This document shows, piece after piece, positions 61,830 through 64,000 of a DNA stretch of 64,000 nt. This DNA comes from Stegostoma tigrinum (Eukaryota): contig NC_081358.1 of assembly GCF_030684315.1 (NCBI RefSeq), positions 76,507,817 to 76,571,816 of the forward strand, written 5' to 3'. Below the pieces are notes generated by a model. That model made no database searches and was not told where the DNA came from. It worked only from the letters and a program-made list of their open reading frames with translations. The translations under genes and the position numbers were made by a program. Position 1 is the stretch's first letter; every line of letters starts with the position of its first letter.

Positions 61830-63320
61830 ATTTCTTGAATGCTCTCCACAGCCCAGCACAACTCCCATCCTACTATCAAGCCAGGGGAACAACGCTGGTT
61901 CAGTGAAGTGTGCAGGAGGGCATGCCAGCAGCTGCACCAGGCATACCTGAAAAGATTAAAATGTCACCCTAGTAAAAATACAAAACAAGACCACCTGCAT
62001 GCCAGACAGTATAAGCAGCAAGTAGTAGAAATGGCTAAGTAATCCCTCAACCAATGGAATAGATCAAAGCTCTGCTGTTGTGCTATATGCAGAAATGAAT
62101 GGTGATTTTTTTCCCCTTTATTCATTCACGATACGAAGGTGTTACTGTTAGGCAGCATTTATTGCCCATCCCTAATTGCCCAGAGGTCAAGAGTCAACCA
62201 CATTGCTGTGGGTCTGGAGTCACATGTAGGGCAGACCGGGTAAGGATGGCAGTTTCCTTCCCTAAAGGACATTAATGAGCCAGATGGGTTTTTCCGACAA
62301 TCAACAATGGATTCACAGTCATCATTAGATTCTTAATTCCAGATATTTATTGAAAACCAATTCCACCATCTGCTGTGGCAGGATTCAAACCCAGTTCACC
62401 AGAGCACTACCTGGGTCTCTGGATTAAGTAGGCCATTGCCTCCTATGGGCAATTAACAGCTCATGAGAGGGAAGGCTCCACAAATATCCCTTTCTCAATA
62501 CTGGGGGATACCCAGCACATTAGTGCAAAAGATAAGGCTCATGCATTCTCAGCCATCTTCAGCCAGAAGTGCTGTGTCGCTGATCCATCTCAGCCTTTGC
62601 CGTAGGTCAGCAGTATCACACATGCCTGTCTTCAGCCAATTCGATTCACTCCACTTGACATCAAGAAATAGCTGAAGGCACTGGATACTGCAAAGGTGAT
62701 GGGTCCTGACACTTTTCTGGCAATAGTCTTGAAGACTTAAGTTCTAGAATTTGCTGTATCCCTAGAAAAGCTGCTCTAATCTAGCTACAACGTTGGCATC
62801 TACCCAACAATGTTGGAAACTGCCCAGATATGTTCTGGACAAATTCAATTATCACCCCTTTAGTCTACTTTTGATCAATAGTAAAGGGATGTAACATGTC
62901 ATCAGGAATGCTATCAAGCAGCATTTGCTTAGCATTGAACTACTCACTGATCCTCAGTTTGGGTTCCACCAGCAAAGCTAGGCCTTGAGGAGATGTTGTG
63001 GGCTACCAACAGCTGCAGTAATATGTTCAACAAAACTCTGTAATCTCATGTTGCAGCACTCGACCATTGCTAACAAGGGAAGTGATCCTGATTCAATGAT
63101 GAGTGCAAGATGGTATGCCAAGTGCAGCAACAGGCAAATCCAAAAAAAAAGATGCCAGCCTGGTGAAGCTACAGCAGAGGACCAAAGACACATTAAAATA
63201 TGGGGGCCACAAACTGGAGACAGACTGAAATCATTCTACAATCAATGAATTAGCTCAAAGCTGTGCATTCTGACCAAATCTAATTCTGAAAGGAGCTAGT
63301 GAATGGAAGAACTAAATTTC
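61830..63320 (+). mobile_element. Degraded second LINE family fragments, with the linker segment present twice
   Basis: TIKPGEQRWFSEVCRRACQQ (61839-62042) homologous to 20960-21140; the same segment recurs at ~62980-63300. Confidence 0.75.
62108..62445 (-). mobile_element. tRNA-derived SINE inserted in its presumed partner LINE
   Basis: Antisense head with gggtttgaatcc B box, conserved core, and tail gggatgggcaataaatgc..gaatgaataaa followed by an A-run. Confidence 0.88.
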
Positions 63321-63929
63321 CACGAAAATCCTGTCATACATTGCTTTGTACAGAAAATTACTTTCTATACTTATTGATTGAAAACCACTGAATTCCAAGA
63401 GAGCGAAACAGCATTTCAGTGAGTTGAAACAGCAGTTTTGAACATGGTTGACCATCTGGTTTGCTGTATTTCATAAATTCTAAAGTGTTTGAACAGCAGC
63501 CAATGTGTCAAAAAAAAGCCTACCTTAATCAAACAAGCTAATCGTGTTTACCTCATCGTAGCTCATTCACAAAGTATCCAGGCAATCATCTGGGTACTCA
63601 ACTGGGTGAGGATCAAGAATTAGTTGTAATCATCTCTGACAAAGAGAAAGGAAGTAATCTGTCCAAATCTAATTGCGTAAACCAAGGATTTGGAATTCAC
63701 AAACCAAGACAATAAGTCAATTGGAGGGAGGGGATCAGTGACAAGCTAACCAGTCTGCATTCTCATTTAAGAATTTTCTTTATTTTTGGTTACTGAGCAG
63801 AAGAGATGAAGAAGAAGCAGGATCTCTGACTGAGACCACTTTTAGCCCTCTTCCTCTCAATTCAGCATAGACATTTGAGCCTTGTCTGGTGTTCAACCTC
63901 CAACAAATCATTGGCAGTGTTTCAAGAAT

Positions 63930-64000
63930 TTTTATTTATTTTTTCTTATACTCATTCATGGGCGGTGGGTGTTAATGGCTGGGCCAGCATTTATTGTGCA
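63930..64000 (-). mobile_element. 3' terminus of the second LINE family or its SINE, cut by the window edge
   Basis: ctcattcatgggc..ggctgggccagcatttattg. Confidence 0.65.

Noticed and set aside
1-64000. Prokaryotic systems (CRISPR array, retron, group II intron, defence operon) suggested by the RT and nuclease ORFs
   Set aside because: There is no repeat-spacer array or operon structure. All RTs are eukaryotic CR1/L2/PLE types in low-coding-density vertebrate DNA.

Overview
Eukaryotic, repeat-dense intronic or intergenic DNA from a cartilaginous fish, most likely a shark. The taxon call rests on HE1-type V-SINEs, CR1 LINEs and Deu-type SINE relics. I could not identify any intact host protein-coding gene, rRNA, tRNA gene or CRISPR array. 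The recognisable ORFs are decayed transposon proteins or antisense shadows of them. The window holds many CR1 LINE copies (one near full-length ORF2 at 24.1-27.3 kb), a second CR1/L2-group LINE family, an L2 fragment, several tRNA-derived SINE families, an LTR relic with a decayed primer-binding site and a Harbinger Myb/SANT relic. It also holds three families of Penelope-like retroelements (PLEs; RT plus GIY-YIG). The most interesting signal is in the PLEs: their terminal repeats carry minimal hammerhead-ribozyme cores (CUGANGA-stem-GAAA-palindrome-UH). They also occur as asymmetric fold-back (inverted) insertions with a one-sided tail and, in three cases, about 14-16 bp target duplications, down to non-coding forms of about 150-200 bp. 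Two weak minus-strand exon candidates hint at an overlying transcript. All alignments were done by eye, and boundaries of old repeats are approximate.
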